From: an uncultured delta proteobacterium
GTDB taxonomy: Bacteria > Desulfobacterota > RBG-13-43-22
Direction of reading: 5' to 3'
Length of the DNA: 64,000 nucleotides
NCBI GenBank assembly: GCA_963802945.1
Contig: CAWDKY010000016.1
Span: 263,287-327,286, forward strand
Shown here: positions 19,629 through 29,191 of the stretch, piece by piece
How positions within the stretch are numbered: position 1 is the stretch's first letter
How the letters are laid out: each line of letters starts with the position of its first letter
Notes under the pieces: model-generated
Told to the model about the DNA's origin: nothing
Databases searched by the model: none
Seen by the model: the letters and a program-made list of their open reading frames with translations, nothing else
Program-made: the position numbers and the translations under genes

Positions 19629-19993
19629 CTTGTGTACCTTGAATTAGGATTCTTTTACCTATCTACTCCACAGCCGTTGTTATTAACGATGAACCTTTAA
19701 ACATGATAATTTAAATATCATGTTTATTTTATCATATCCAAAGGAAAATGGTGTAAATGTTTTAGCAATTTTTTGACTTGAGATCCCAAAATGATATCAT
19801 TTGTTTAGGGCTTTGAAACACAATTCTGAAAAGAAACCTGACAGGTTACAGTAAATTACCCATTTTTCCCCTTCAACCTGCTCATTGAAAATTTTTCTTG
19901 TAACCTGGAGTTGAATGACGTATTTAGAAGGATGCTCAAGGTGGGGCAGGCGATTTCCTGTTTCCACAGTTTATTAAAAGGAGAATGTGATCT

Positions 19994-21613
19994 ATGGCTA
20001 GTCAACCGAAAATGGACCCTGAAACACTTTCCATGGTGTTGGATACCCTGGCGAAACTTGAAAAAGAGCGAATCACTCCAAGCATCAAATTGGAAATGGA
20101 TGAAAAAGGTGAATTTCCCATGGAACTTATTCGTTTCATGCAAGGCCCGGAGATTGCGCTGCATCTCATCTTTATCCCTGTAGAATATGGTGGACTCGGC
20201 GCCGGCGCTAGGGAGATCGCCATTGTTTCCGAAAAAATGGCCAAGATCGATCTGGGCATAGCCACTTCTTTTTTGGCGATTTGTCTGGGAATGGATCCCA
20301 TTATGGTCGGGGCTACCCCTGAGCAAAAAGAAAAGTATATCACTAAAATCGCGGAGCAAGGCTTTATTGTCGCTTATGGCGTGACGGAACCCGAGGCCGG
20401 TTCCAATGTCCAGGCTCTTAAAACAAAGGCCGAAAGGGTCTTGGATGCCGGCGGCAGGATTATCGGTTATAAACTGAACGGTCAAAAGCAGTTCATTACC
20501 AACGGAGGCGTAGCCGATCTTTATACGATTCTGGCGGATACGCCTGAAGGCCCTTCATTTTTTATCGTGGAGAAAGGGGCCAAGGGTCTTATTCCCGGAA
20601 AACATGAAGATAAGCACGGCATAAGGGCTTCGGACACTTGTCCCATCACCTTGGAAGATTTGTTTGTGCCGGTCGAGAATCTGATTGGCGGAGTAGAAGG
20701 ACAGGGGCTTAAAGAGGCCAATCAGGTGTTCGGTTATACACGCCTCATGGTGGCTACTTTTGGTCTGGGCGGCGGCATGGCCGCTTTGGAGAAGACGATC
20801 GCTTATGCCAAAAAAAGAGTGCAATTCAATAAGCCCTTGGTGGAGAAGCAAGGATATACGCACCAATTATTGGTGCCCAATGCCGTGCGCCTGGAGGCGG
20901 CCCGGGCTTATATCGAACAGGTAGCCGAGCGACTCGACTCCGGTGAGACCGATCTGCAAGTCGAAGGTTCGATCGCCAAATACTTTGCGACCGAGGTCGG
21001 CGATGCCATGGCCAATGACGCCATTCAGGGTCTTGGCGGGTACGGGTTTATCCGTGAATATGAAGTTGAGAAAATCAAAAGGGATATTAAAATCACAACT
21101 ATTTTTGAAGGCACCAGCGAGATCCAGCGGAACATTATTTCTACTTTTCGATTGCGCGACACGGTACGCTCCAAAGGCGGATATTACGCGACCAAAGCTG
21201 CCGATCTTGAGCAGATGGAAGAAGAGATTGGCGGCCGTTGGCTGGCTCCCGGCCTCCGGCTTATCAATGAAATCATCCAGGGGGCCCGCAAGACCAAACT
21301 GACCAAATCCCAATATGTCATGTTCCTTTTGGCGGATATGATGACCTGGGGTGAAACGGCCCATGCCCTTTGCCGGAAAGCCGTTCACTATGAAGGCCGG
21401 GAGAGAACATCCGAATTCATGAAAGCTGCCGCCCGTTTATTTGTTAATGAAACACTCGGGAAGATCTATTTTAATGGCCTCAAGATCTCCCAGGGTTACG
21501 AAGCGGATATGGAGGATCTGGCGGAAAAACTCAAAACACTGGATCTTGGCGGAGCCGCTAAGGGATATCTGAAAGATATGGACTTGATCGCAGCCGAATT
21601 AGTGCGATCCTAA
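19994..21613 (+). CDS. acyl-CoA dehydrogenase with C-terminal extension
   Basis: YGVTEPEAGSN, LNGQKQFITNG, EDKHGIRASDT, GGYGFIREY, IFEGTSEIQ (catalytic Glu present). Confidence 0.92.
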   Translation: MASQPKMDPETLSMVLDTLAKLEKERITPSIKLEMDEKGEFPMELIRFMQGPEIALHLIFIPVEYGGLGAGAREIAIVSEKMAKIDLGIATSFLAICLGMDPIMVGATPEQKEKYITKIAEQGFIVAYGVTEPEAGSNVQALKTKAERVLDAGGRIIGYKLNGQKQFITNGGVADLYTILADTPEGPSFFIVEKGAKGLIPGKHEDKHGIRASDTCPITLEDLFVPVENLIGGVEGQGLKEANQVFGYTRLMVATFGLGGGMAALEKTIAYAKKRVQFNKPLVEKQGYTHQLLVPNAVRLEAARAYIEQVAERLDSGETDLQVEGSIAKYFATEVGDAMANDAIQGLGGYGFIREYEVEKIKRDIKITTIFEGTSEIQRNIISTFRLRDTVRSKGGYYATKAADLEQMEEEIGGRWLAPGLRLINEIIQGARKTKLTKSQYVMFLLADMMTWGETAHALCRKAVHYEGRERTSEFMKAAARLFVNETLGKIYFNGLKISQGYEADMEDLAEKLKTLDLGGAAKGYLKDMDLIAAELVRS

Positions 21614-21953
21614 GGCCATTAAATCGGCCCGAGAGCGCCGATCAGTGCAAATCATAAATCGGGAGACCTTACTTATTTCTCAACCAGAAAATTATAAAAG
21701 ATGTATGGTCTACCCCGATTTCTTAATTTTACACCGTACACCTTGTGTTCTAATAGATTGTCAAGTGATATAAGATACCCCGGGACGCTACAACTCTTCA
21801 AAAAAGCTGGCCCCAAAAATTAACGATTACGTTTGTACTCTTCTGATTTTTTCAAAATCAAATTTTGGGGGAAGAAGTCATCATCGAGCTTGACAATGCC
21901 TATATAGACAAATCATGATTTTCACACCAAAGTTCATAGAAGGTTACCCCGAC

Positions 21954-22334
21954 CTACTTCAGCCACTGGACGTATTCAATCACATTGTTGTCCGGGTCAC
22001 TGATGTAAATCCACTTTGACTCGGCGTTTTCCAGCGGCCCTTTAATGACCGGGATATGATGTTCCTCGATCAACCGGAGTGTCTGGTTCATGTCCTCGCT
22101 GGTGAGGGCCAGATGCGGACAATACGGCGGCTTGATCGTCGGCTTGGCGAAGGGTTTGCCATCCAGCCAGTGAAGCAATTCCAGGTTTCCGCCGGTTAGT
22201 TCCAGAAAGGCATAATCCTCTTGTTCTTCGATGTTCACCTTTCGGAAGAGGAGCCTCAGGCCCAATACCTGGGTGTAGAACCTAATGGACTGATCCATAT
22301 TAGAGACTTCAAAAGCCACATGATCGTTCTTCAT
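21954..22334 (-). CDS. VOC/glyoxalase family protein
   Basis: DHVAFEV..M.QSIRFY..VLG, LELL, HLAL, DPDNNVIE. Confidence 0.88.
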   Translation of the reverse strand: MKNDHVAFEVSNMDQSIRFYTQVLGLRLLFRKVNIEEQEDYAFLELTGGNLELLHWLDGKPFAKPTIKPPYCPHLALTSEDMNQTLRLIEEHHIPVIKGPLENAESKWIYISDPDNNVIEYVQWLK

Positions 22335-22347
22335 AATTAATGCCCTC

Positions 22348-22537
22348 TAACAGGTTGCTGAAAAAGGCCCATCAATCCCGCCAAGGGCGGGATTGCCCTC
22401 ATCCCTCCCCGCTTTTCAGCGGGGCAGGCTTATTGCGACGTACTTCTATGTACGCCTCATTCCTCAAAATTTCTGGCGCCTTGTATCTGGACCTTTATGA
22501 GCAACCTGTGAAATATGAGTTTTTCCGCAGACTATTA
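22348..22537. mobile_element. MITE-like element, family A copy 1
   Basis: Imperfect terminal IRs TAACAGGTTGCTGAAAAA / TTTTTCCGCAGACTATTA and internal hairpins; closely similar to 52867-53118. Confidence 0.8.
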
Positions 22538-22553
22538 AAAGACCGGGTCGTTT

Positions 22554-23537
22554 CTATCTCTTATCCTGCCAGGATAAAATCGTCTTCCCAATCCATTGAT
22601 CGGCAGTCAAAAGAATGGATAAATGATTTTCTTTTTTTATTATTTGGCTTATCGATTTCTTTTGTATCTCACTATCGGCATAAGTTGCATATCTGATGAC
22701 TTTTTCAGGCACAAACAAGTCGTCATTGGCTCCGATGAATAATCCAAAGGGCTTATCTATTTTCCTGAACTGCTCCTGCGGATTATCCGGTGTCATTGAT
22801 AAAGACATATTGCGCGTAATGGATTTCAGTAGCAGAGGTTGTGCCGCCCGGACTTTCTCTGGGTAATTAAAAAAAACCGCCTGCGTGTTTCCCAAAAATC
22901 GCCCACCGGAGATGGCCGATATGATAAAAACCCATTTTTTAACAGAGACAAAGGAGTTTTTTGTATTAACGCGGCTGGTGTCGGATTTATATCCCAATTG
23001 CGGGGAGACAAAGAAATAACCGTCGACATCTTCTTTCTTATTCCAGGCTGAATAATTTAATATCAGTCCGCCGCCGGAAGAATGCCCGCCCAGATATAAC
23101 GGAATTCCCGGATTATTTTTTCGTATAGTCGTGATAAACAGGCTAAGATCAGTCCATACCTGCTCAACGGAAGGAGCGTCACCACGAGGGCCGCCGGAAT
23201 GACCATGACCCCGTAAATCAACAAGGTATACAGCGGTTCGATATTTTTCACTCAACCCTTTGGCCAGATATTGATAGCCGGCCTCACTATAAGCACCACC
23301 CCCATGGAAAAATATTAACAAAGCAATCGGTTTTGTTGGCGGAAGTTTTGTATAATAGGCCAGATCGATGCCGTCAGAGGCTTTAAGAAATTGTGGTTTG
23401 TCTAGGAAAACCTTTTGTTCGTTCTGTAGTTCCTTAAAAGATATTGGCGTTGATTGATCCTTAGATTTGCATCTCACCATAAAAACAGCTATCAAAAAAA
23501 TAAGAAGAAATAGAAAAATAAGGTTTGCTTTTGTCAT
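22554..23537 (-). CDS. alpha/beta hydrolase (lysophospholipase-like), exported or lipoprotein
   Basis: HGGG, DLRGHGHSGG, nucleophile elbow GHSSGG; hydrophobic N-terminus ending in Cys. Confidence 0.88.
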   Translation of the reverse strand: MTKANLIFLFLLIFLIAVFMVRCKSKDQSTPISFKELQNEQKVFLDKPQFLKASDGIDLAYYTKLPPTKPIALLIFFHGGGAYSEAGYQYLAKGLSEKYRTAVYLVDLRGHGHSGGPRGDAPSVEQVWTDLSLFITTIRKNNPGIPLYLGGHSSGGGLILNYSAWNKKEDVDGYFFVSPQLGYKSDTSRVNTKNSFVSVKKWVFIISAISGGRFLGNTQAVFFNYPEKVRAAQPLLLKSITRNMSLSMTPDNPQEQFRKIDKPFGLFIGANDDLFVPEKVIRYATYADSEIQKKSISQIIKKENHLSILLTADQWIGKTILSWQDKR

Positions 23538-23635
23538 AGTTTGTTCCCTCTATATAATAATATTACTAAGACTCGATTTTTGAACAATGTTAAACGATCT
23601 TCATCTGTTAACGTGGCCCGGCCTCGAATTCAAAT

Positions 23636-24640
23636 TTATCGGTTTGATGAATGGACAAACCAGTTGATAGCGTCCGCGACCTGAGCGGGCTGATCAAAGT
23701 TGTCGAAGTGGCTGGCATTCGTGACCCATTTGATCTGGACCTTAGGGCATTTCGTCGCAAGATCGGCAAAAATAGACGGCGGCTGTGCCGGGTCGCGGCC
23801 AGCCTGCAGTTGAAGTACCGGGAACGGGAAGTTGTTGTTGCAGATTTTGCCGAGGGCGGTGTCCAAATCCCAGTTGTTGCGCTTGAAATACTTCGGGTTC
23901 ATTTCGGCGACTCCCGGTCGAGAAAACTCATAAACCAGATAATCGCGATCAATCTGCCGGAATGGGGTGGTCATGCGGCTGCCATAGACAAGGTCAATGA
24001 ACCGGCCGGGATCCCGCATCAAATAGGTGGCAATCCAGTTATTCTGGAAAAGCAGCCATTGGGGTTTTTGAATATATTTGGCCCATTTGTTGCTTTGTTG
24101 AATCAAATCCGCTTCCATACGGACATAACCCAAAATATGATCCTGGTGATCGCTAACCATCACACTGCCGATGATCGTGCCCCAGTCATGCGAGACAACA
24201 TAATATTTGTCAATGCCCAGGCTATCCATGAAATCTACAATTTTCTGAGCCACATAGTGCCAGTTAAAATTCCTATCTTGCAGGTCGGAACGCCCGTAAC
24301 CCTTCATGTCAATGGCGATCAGACGGTAATGATGATCGACCTGGGGCAGCACATAGCGCCAGGAGTACCAGCCTTCCGGAAGTCCATGCAAGAAAAGAAT
24401 CACACGGCCGTCGGGGTTGCCTTCGTCAACATAGTGCCATTTGATTCCATTCACCACCCGGTCATGATGGTTGAACCGGGCATCGATGGCATCGTGTTTG
24501 GGTTGGAATTCGGCGCGAAAACGGTCGTACTTTCCGGCCAGTTCCTTGGCCCTATGCGGTGCATAGATCCAGACAAAAGCGGCCACTAAAATTCCAATTG
24601 CCACCAAAATCAAAACAAACCATTTCAATATGTTTTTCAT
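23636..24640 (-). CDS. alpha/beta hydrolase, epoxide-hydrolase-like
   Basis: LHGLPE..YSWR, DMKGYGRS, SHDWG (Asp nucleophile), C-terminal ASHF; N-terminal TM helix. Confidence 0.88.
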   Translation of the reverse strand: MKNILKWFVLILVAIGILVAAFVWIYAPHRAKELAGKYDRFRAEFQPKHDAIDARFNHHDRVVNGIKWHYVDEGNPDGRVILFLHGLPEGWYSWRYVLPQVDHHYRLIAIDMKGYGRSDLQDRNFNWHYVAQKIVDFMDSLGIDKYYVVSHDWGTIIGSVMVSDHQDHILGYVRMEADLIQQSNKWAKYIQKPQWLLFQNNWIATYLMRDPGRFIDLVYGSRMTTPFRQIDRDYLVYEFSRPGVAEMNPKYFKRNNWDLDTALGKICNNNFPFPVLQLQAGRDPAQPPSIFADLATKCPKVQIKWVTNASHFDNFDQPAQVADAINWFVHSSNR

Positions 24641-24911
24641 GATGATGAGTTCCCCATTTTTGATTCGAACACTATAACGGTGTGAGGTCGAACCAGAAAA
24701 TTTTAATAAATCTTATGAACTAAAGGACCATGAATGATCTTTTTTAAAATTCACAACCATCGATTTTGGGCTTAGAAAATGTAATAAAGGACCCCTAGAA
24801 GCCCCTCTGTTGAATAATTATCATGTCATTCTGAGCAATTCGGGTGGCCCGACCCCATAGTACAGAGGTTAAATTTTTCTTCAAGAATAGTTTTGACTTA
24901 GTCCGGTATTC

Positions 24912-26081
24912 CTAAATCTCAGCTTTTTGAACAGCCAGAATTTCCCGGCTGAAATGATCTTTTAACCATCTTTTCAAACCCATAATCTCTTCCATCTCTT
25001 TTAGGGACCGAGGATTTTTCAAAGCCAAGGCATTAATCAGGGCGTTATTCATAAGAATTCCAGACTCCATCTCCAACTCTTTTGCCCGCTGTTCCCGCCA
25101 CTTTTTTAGTGCCTTGACCCTTTTGCGCACGGCCGATGGCAAATCCGGCCTGGCCTCACGGGGGTACACCGGAAGATCTTTGTCGGGAACTGCCATGGCC
25201 CGGTGAATTCCCTGCAGCAGGCCTGTCCCATATCGGTCGATTTCTTTCCGGCTCAAGGTTTTCCCTGTTTCCATTTCTTCCGGACTCAATGGTTTTTTTA
25301 TAGCCAATTCCAGAAGGGATTCGTTACGAATCACTTTGAAAGGAGGAAGATCCGCCTTTTGGGCCTGGGCCTCCCGGAATTCCAACAAAGCCTCAAGAAC
25401 GGCAAGACCTTTAGGGTCGAGGAGAGCAGCCCTTTTCACCTTTAAGTATAGCGGGGCATGACTGGGAGGCGCAAAACGGACCTTAGTCATAAATAGGCAC
25501 TCCTCTTCCACCCAGGATAAGCGGCCCTTCTCTTCCAGTTCCCTTTCCAGCATACGAGCCAGGGGGATCAGGTACTTGCCGTCCATCGCCGCATATTCCA
25601 GCATTTCCGAGGATAAAGGTCTTCGTGACCAATCGGCCCGCTGGAATTTCTTATTCAACTCCACCTGGAACCGGCTTCGCAGCACCGCTTCCAGGCTGGT
25701 CTCCCGGAGGCCCAGAAATTGACAGGCCAATTGCGTATCAAAGAGGTTGTCCACCTCGAACCGGAAGTCCCGGTACAGGGAACGGATATCATAATCCGCC
25801 CCATGCAATACCTTGCGGATGCCGGGATTGGAGAAAACGGGGTGTAACGCGGAAAGATCCCTTAGTGCCAATGGATCCAAGACATAAGAGGCGGATTCCG
25901 TGGCGATCTGCAGGAGGCAGACCTTTTCGAAATAGTGGTAAAAAGAGTCCGATTCCAAGTCGACCCCGATGATCTCGGCCTGACCCAGAATCCGGGCAAT
26001 CTCCTTCAATCGCGGAAGTGTCTCTATCCATTCATAAGAAAATCTATTTCCATCCACGGTCTTTTCAGAGCCCTTTCCCAT
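24912..26081 (-). CDS. rnd: ribonuclease D (3'-5' exonuclease with HRDC domains)
   Basis: GVDLE, CLLQI, HGADYD, LFDTQLA, ADWSRRPL, YAAMD and two HRDC-like regions. Confidence 0.9.
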   Translation of the reverse strand: MGKGSEKTVDGNRFSYEWIETLPRLKEIARILGQAEIIGVDLESDSFYHYFEKVCLLQIATESASYVLDPLALRDLSALHPVFSNPGIRKVLHGADYDIRSLYRDFRFEVDNLFDTQLACQFLGLRETSLEAVLRSRFQVELNKKFQRADWSRRPLSSEMLEYAAMDGKYLIPLARMLERELEEKGRLSWVEEECLFMTKVRFAPPSHAPLYLKVKRAALLDPKGLAVLEALLEFREAQAQKADLPPFKVIRNESLLELAIKKPLSPEEMETGKTLSRKEIDRYGTGLLQGIHRAMAVPDKDLPVYPREARPDLPSAVRKRVKALKKWREQRAKELEMESGILMNNALINALALKNPRSLKEMEEIMGLKRWLKDHFSREILAVQKAEI

Positions 26082-26311
26082 CGTTCATGCTTCCAGAATA
26101 TCTTACCTTGAATCCACTAAATTAATATTGCGTCCACGAATACCCTCGGATCGGCCGGATTCCATGGAAGGGATTATTATAGGGTGGGTGGGTGGTGCAA
26201 ATTCACGATCTGGTTTTTTTAAATTTCAGCCGACCTCACCGTTCTCGTGGCCTGACCCCATAGTACTTAAAATTTAGAACCGTCGTCTTTTTTGTATCTT
26301 TGATTTAAAAA

Positions 26312-27160
26312 TCATATCATCACATTCACTCTTTCGATTTTAACTATATATTGAGCATTAAGCGCTTTACCATAGAGCCTAACAGTATACTCACAGAGAG
26401 AATTCTCATTAGAATCAGGATCTGGATCAATATAATTGAAGAACGACACAAGTATTATAAAGGCCAAACTTTCACGAGCGGAAATAAGTGAAAAAGGAAG
26501 TATGCAGACAAGAATAAATGGCGTTGAATTGAGCGCAAGCGCTTTTATCCATTGGGCCCTATCAGTGCAGGGAAGGGTGATTTTCTTTTGGGCACAATAA
26601 CTCAGCAAAATATCAACGCAAGACCACCAATTTTCGGGGCCGTGATTGAGATAATTGTTATCTTCCTCCTTGGCTCTTAGATAGCTCAAAAAGAAATGCG
26701 GGCCGGCTTGTTTGTCTTTCAATCTTATTTTTAAGACCGGTTCATTCACTATTTCCCGCATAATTAATTCCATATCGTTATCCGAAATTCGGAGTGAGGG
26801 AAATGCAATATATGATTGTCTTAAAAATTCCTCTAAGGTTTCTTCACTTAAAGGTAAAAGTCCTTTTTTAAGAAAAGAGTCGGAAGAGAAAGCTCTGGTA
26901 CAATGATAAGCCATTATATGCAGGTCATTATTTTCACATCGGGTATTCCATTCCCCCATAAATTCATCTTTCGTACATGACAAGAAGCCTGAAACACAAT
27001 TTAAAAGATGGGCAGTTTCGTGCCAAAAACTTGGCGAGGTAATTTTGCCATCTTGCCTAATTTTATTATACAATTCTTTTGCGTCGAACCAATTTTTTGT
27101 GATGTTTTCAATACATGTCATAAGAGATGTCTGATCCTCAATTTCAAAAATTAGCGACAA
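26312..27160 (-). CDS. hypothetical protein, AT-rich
   Basis: 282-aa ORF with TTG start and AGGAG RBS; contains AYHCTR...FLKKGLLPL. Confidence 0.7.
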   Translation of the reverse strand: MSLIFEIEDQTSLMTCIENITKNWFDAKELYNKIRQDGKITSPSFWHETAHLLNCVSGFLSCTKDEFMGEWNTRCENNDLHIMAYHCTRAFSSDSFLKKGLLPLSEETLEEFLRQSYIAFPSLRISDNDMELIMREIVNEPVLKIRLKDKQAGPHFFLSYLRAKEEDNNYLNHGPENWWSCVDILLSYCAQKKITLPCTDRAQWIKALALNSTPFILVCILPFSLISARESLAFIILVSFFNYIDPDPDSNENSLCEYTVRLYGKALNAQYIVKIERVNVMI

Positions 27161-27240
27161 TATTATTTATCTCCTGAAATCATGTTACGTTTCAATATTA
27201 AGAAAGAATTACCTATAGTTCGTTACATTTTTTATAGAAG

Positions 27241-27338
27241 TGGGGTCGGAAAACGTCATGTATTTTATCTCTATTGATGAATGTCCCAGAAATAGGCATT
27301 TTCAACCGCTATATCCTTGTTTTCGGCCCCCGACTCCA
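27241..27338. repeat. short inverted-repeat element with GGGGTC-type ends
   Basis: tggggtcggaaaac ... gttttcggccccc imperfect IR. Confidence 0.5.
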
Positions 27339-27346
27339 TTATATCT

Positions 27347-27796
27347 TTATGCTATTGTTCCACCGTGATAACGGAGCTCATACACTTGCTTGTTTCCAAG
27401 CTCAATAATCTCTTCACCAAAGAATGAATCAATCCTTCCATTGGCTGAATTGCGATAAATAAACTTGTCCTTTTCAAAAGTTGTTGGACCTCTTAAGGGT
27501 AATTCAGGATCAGGATCTTGGAGGGCAAGTTTCAGAAATTTATAAACAGAAAATGCTTCTTTCCCTGGAAGGTTTGTTTTACCGGAATAGTTCATTACCC
27601 AAATCGCTCTGTTTTTTTGTCTGACGATTTCCTGCCCTACAAATGGATCGAATCCATAATAAACATCTGAATATTCTAAATCACTCTCTTTGTAATAGAA
27701 TTTCAAACCACCGTCTTCGAGTTTCAACTCTTTTCCTTCTCCACCGGTTGCATATCCGGATAGTTTTGCCTTTACTAGGAACTCTGGTAGTTCCAT
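27347..27796 (-). CDS. DUF5680-like protein
   Basis: FLVKAK..GYA, Y.D.YYG..PF.GQE, W.MNY.G, P.RGP, YHGG; GGAGG RBS before MELPEF. Confidence 0.75.
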   Translation of the reverse strand: MELPEFLVKAKLSGYATGGEGKELKLEDGGLKFYYKESDLEYSDVYYGFDPFVGQEIVRQKNRAIWVMNYSGKTNLPGKEAFSVYKFLKLALQDPDPELPLRGPTTFEKDKFIYRNSANGRIDSFFGEEIIELGNKQVYELRYHGGTIA

Positions 27797-27871
27797 TCTG
27801 TCCTCCGTGGAACAAGATATTTCATTTTTTATGTATATCTCCCCCAACCCAAAGCGAAACCCAAGCTGAAA

Positions 27872-28060
27872 TCAATTTCGCGTTTGGTGAATAACACGAG
27901 CACATCTCTGAAGTCTTTCTGAACTTCCATGGTATTGCCTTCTTAAGATTTCGATGGCCGAGATACGTCCTTCGGGTGTCTTGATAAGCCAGTAAGCCAG
28001 ATCTTCTTTTATGGCCGAATCTCTCTCAATATCCATTTTTTTCACCACTCGTTCGATCAT
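27872..28060 (-). CDS. small hypothetical protein of the type usually upstream of nucleotidyltransferase genes
   Basis: 62 aa with DLAYWLIKTPEGRISAIEILRRQ; GAGG upstream. Confidence 0.6.
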   Translation of the reverse strand: MIERVVKKMDIERDSAIKEDLAYWLIKTPEGRISAIEILRRQYHGSSERLQRCARVIHQTRN

Positions 28061-28331
28061 CTTTATTCCTCATTCATCACCTGGTTGAAATCCTTTTGCA
28101 TTTTGTCTAAATTTTTCTAATGTTTTTGTATAACTCCCCAACCCAAAGGATCACATATCAAATAAATTTGGTTTGACCATCCTGCTCACTGCGTCATATT
28201 CTGTCATATCATGCTTAAATCATTAAAATAATTATAATCCCTTTATCTGTCTATTACAATAATTTATTTTGCATTCTTAATAAATTGTCTTTTATGGGAT
28301 TATATAGAAACAGCAGGATTCTTGGTGTCGG

Positions 28332-29180
28332 TTAAATCATTTCTTGAAATATTTCTTCGGACAAATAGCCTTCGATGATCGAGGTTACCGGCCCGGTCAT
28401 GATGATAGCGAAATTTTTATCGATGGCGATGTTAAGTTGTCCGCCGGGCATATGGACGGTGATGGGTGAATCGCAAAGCCCGAGTTTTCGGGCCACCGCG
28501 GCAGCGGCACTGCTGCTGCTGCCCGAGGCGAGGGTGTAGCCCGCCCCACGCTCCCAGATCTCAATCAGGATGTTGTGCCGATCCAAGACCTTTAAGAACT
28601 GGACATTGGTGCGATTGGGAAACAGAGGGTGAACTTCCAATAGCGGACCGTATTTTTTGGCCAACTTCGGACTAAGGTCTTCAACTAGGATGACGCAATG
28701 CGGGTTGCCTATGGATGCCCCGCAGAAACGAAAGGTCGTATCTTTAATGGTGATCGGCTCCTGAAGGACCTCGCGAGGCTTTCCGGCAATAGGAATATCC
28801 GGACTCCAAAAGCTCACCTTGCCCATCTCCACATGGACCTGTTTCCCGTCATCAAGCACCAGGCATTTAACCACGCCTCCCTTGGTTTCAATACTGAATT
28901 GCTCTTTATCAACGAGCTTTTGGTCCCAGAGATAGCGGCAAAAGATGCGCAAGCCGTTGCCGCTTTTTTCGGCCTCACTCCCGTCGGGATTAAAAATGCG
29001 GATTGAAAAGGGGGCTTTTTGAGAGGGCAGGGGGCCTAAGAGAATTCCATCCGATCCGATACCATAATGACGGTGGCAGATGATTCTGATTTGGTTCGGG
29101 GTAAGATCAATAGGCTGATCTTCAGGATTTAGAATTATATAATCATTGCCCAGGGCGTGATATTTATAAAATTTGACCAT
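28332..29180 (-). CDS. dapF: diaminopimelate epimerase-like protein (both catalytic Cys replaced by Ser)
   Basis: KYHALGNDY, RHYGIGSDG, NPDGSEAEKSGNG, GNPHCV, FPNRTNVQF, WERGAGYTLASGSS. Confidence 0.85.
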   Translation of the reverse strand: MVKFYKYHALGNDYIILNPEDQPIDLTPNQIRIICHRHYGIGSDGILLGPLPSQKAPFSIRIFNPDGSEAEKSGNGLRIFCRYLWDQKLVDKEQFSIETKGGVVKCLVLDDGKQVHVEMGKVSFWSPDIPIAGKPREVLQEPITIKDTTFRFCGASIGNPHCVILVEDLSPKLAKKYGPLLEVHPLFPNRTNVQFLKVLDRHNILIEIWERGAGYTLASGSSSSAAAAVARKLGLCDSPITVHMPGGQLNIAIDKNFAIIMTGPVTSIIEGYLSEEIFQEMI

Positions 29181-29191
29181 TAAAAATCTCT

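Noticed and set aside
22340-22696. 118-aa ORF, and similar ORFs at 52912, 35867-36202, 46098-46541 and 11487
   Set aside because: They are translations of MITE/REP or tandem-repeat DNA.
23651-24589. 312-aa antisense ORF, likewise 38698..39474 and 52065..52853
   Set aside because: They are shadows of well-supported genes on the opposite strand, explained by codon bias.
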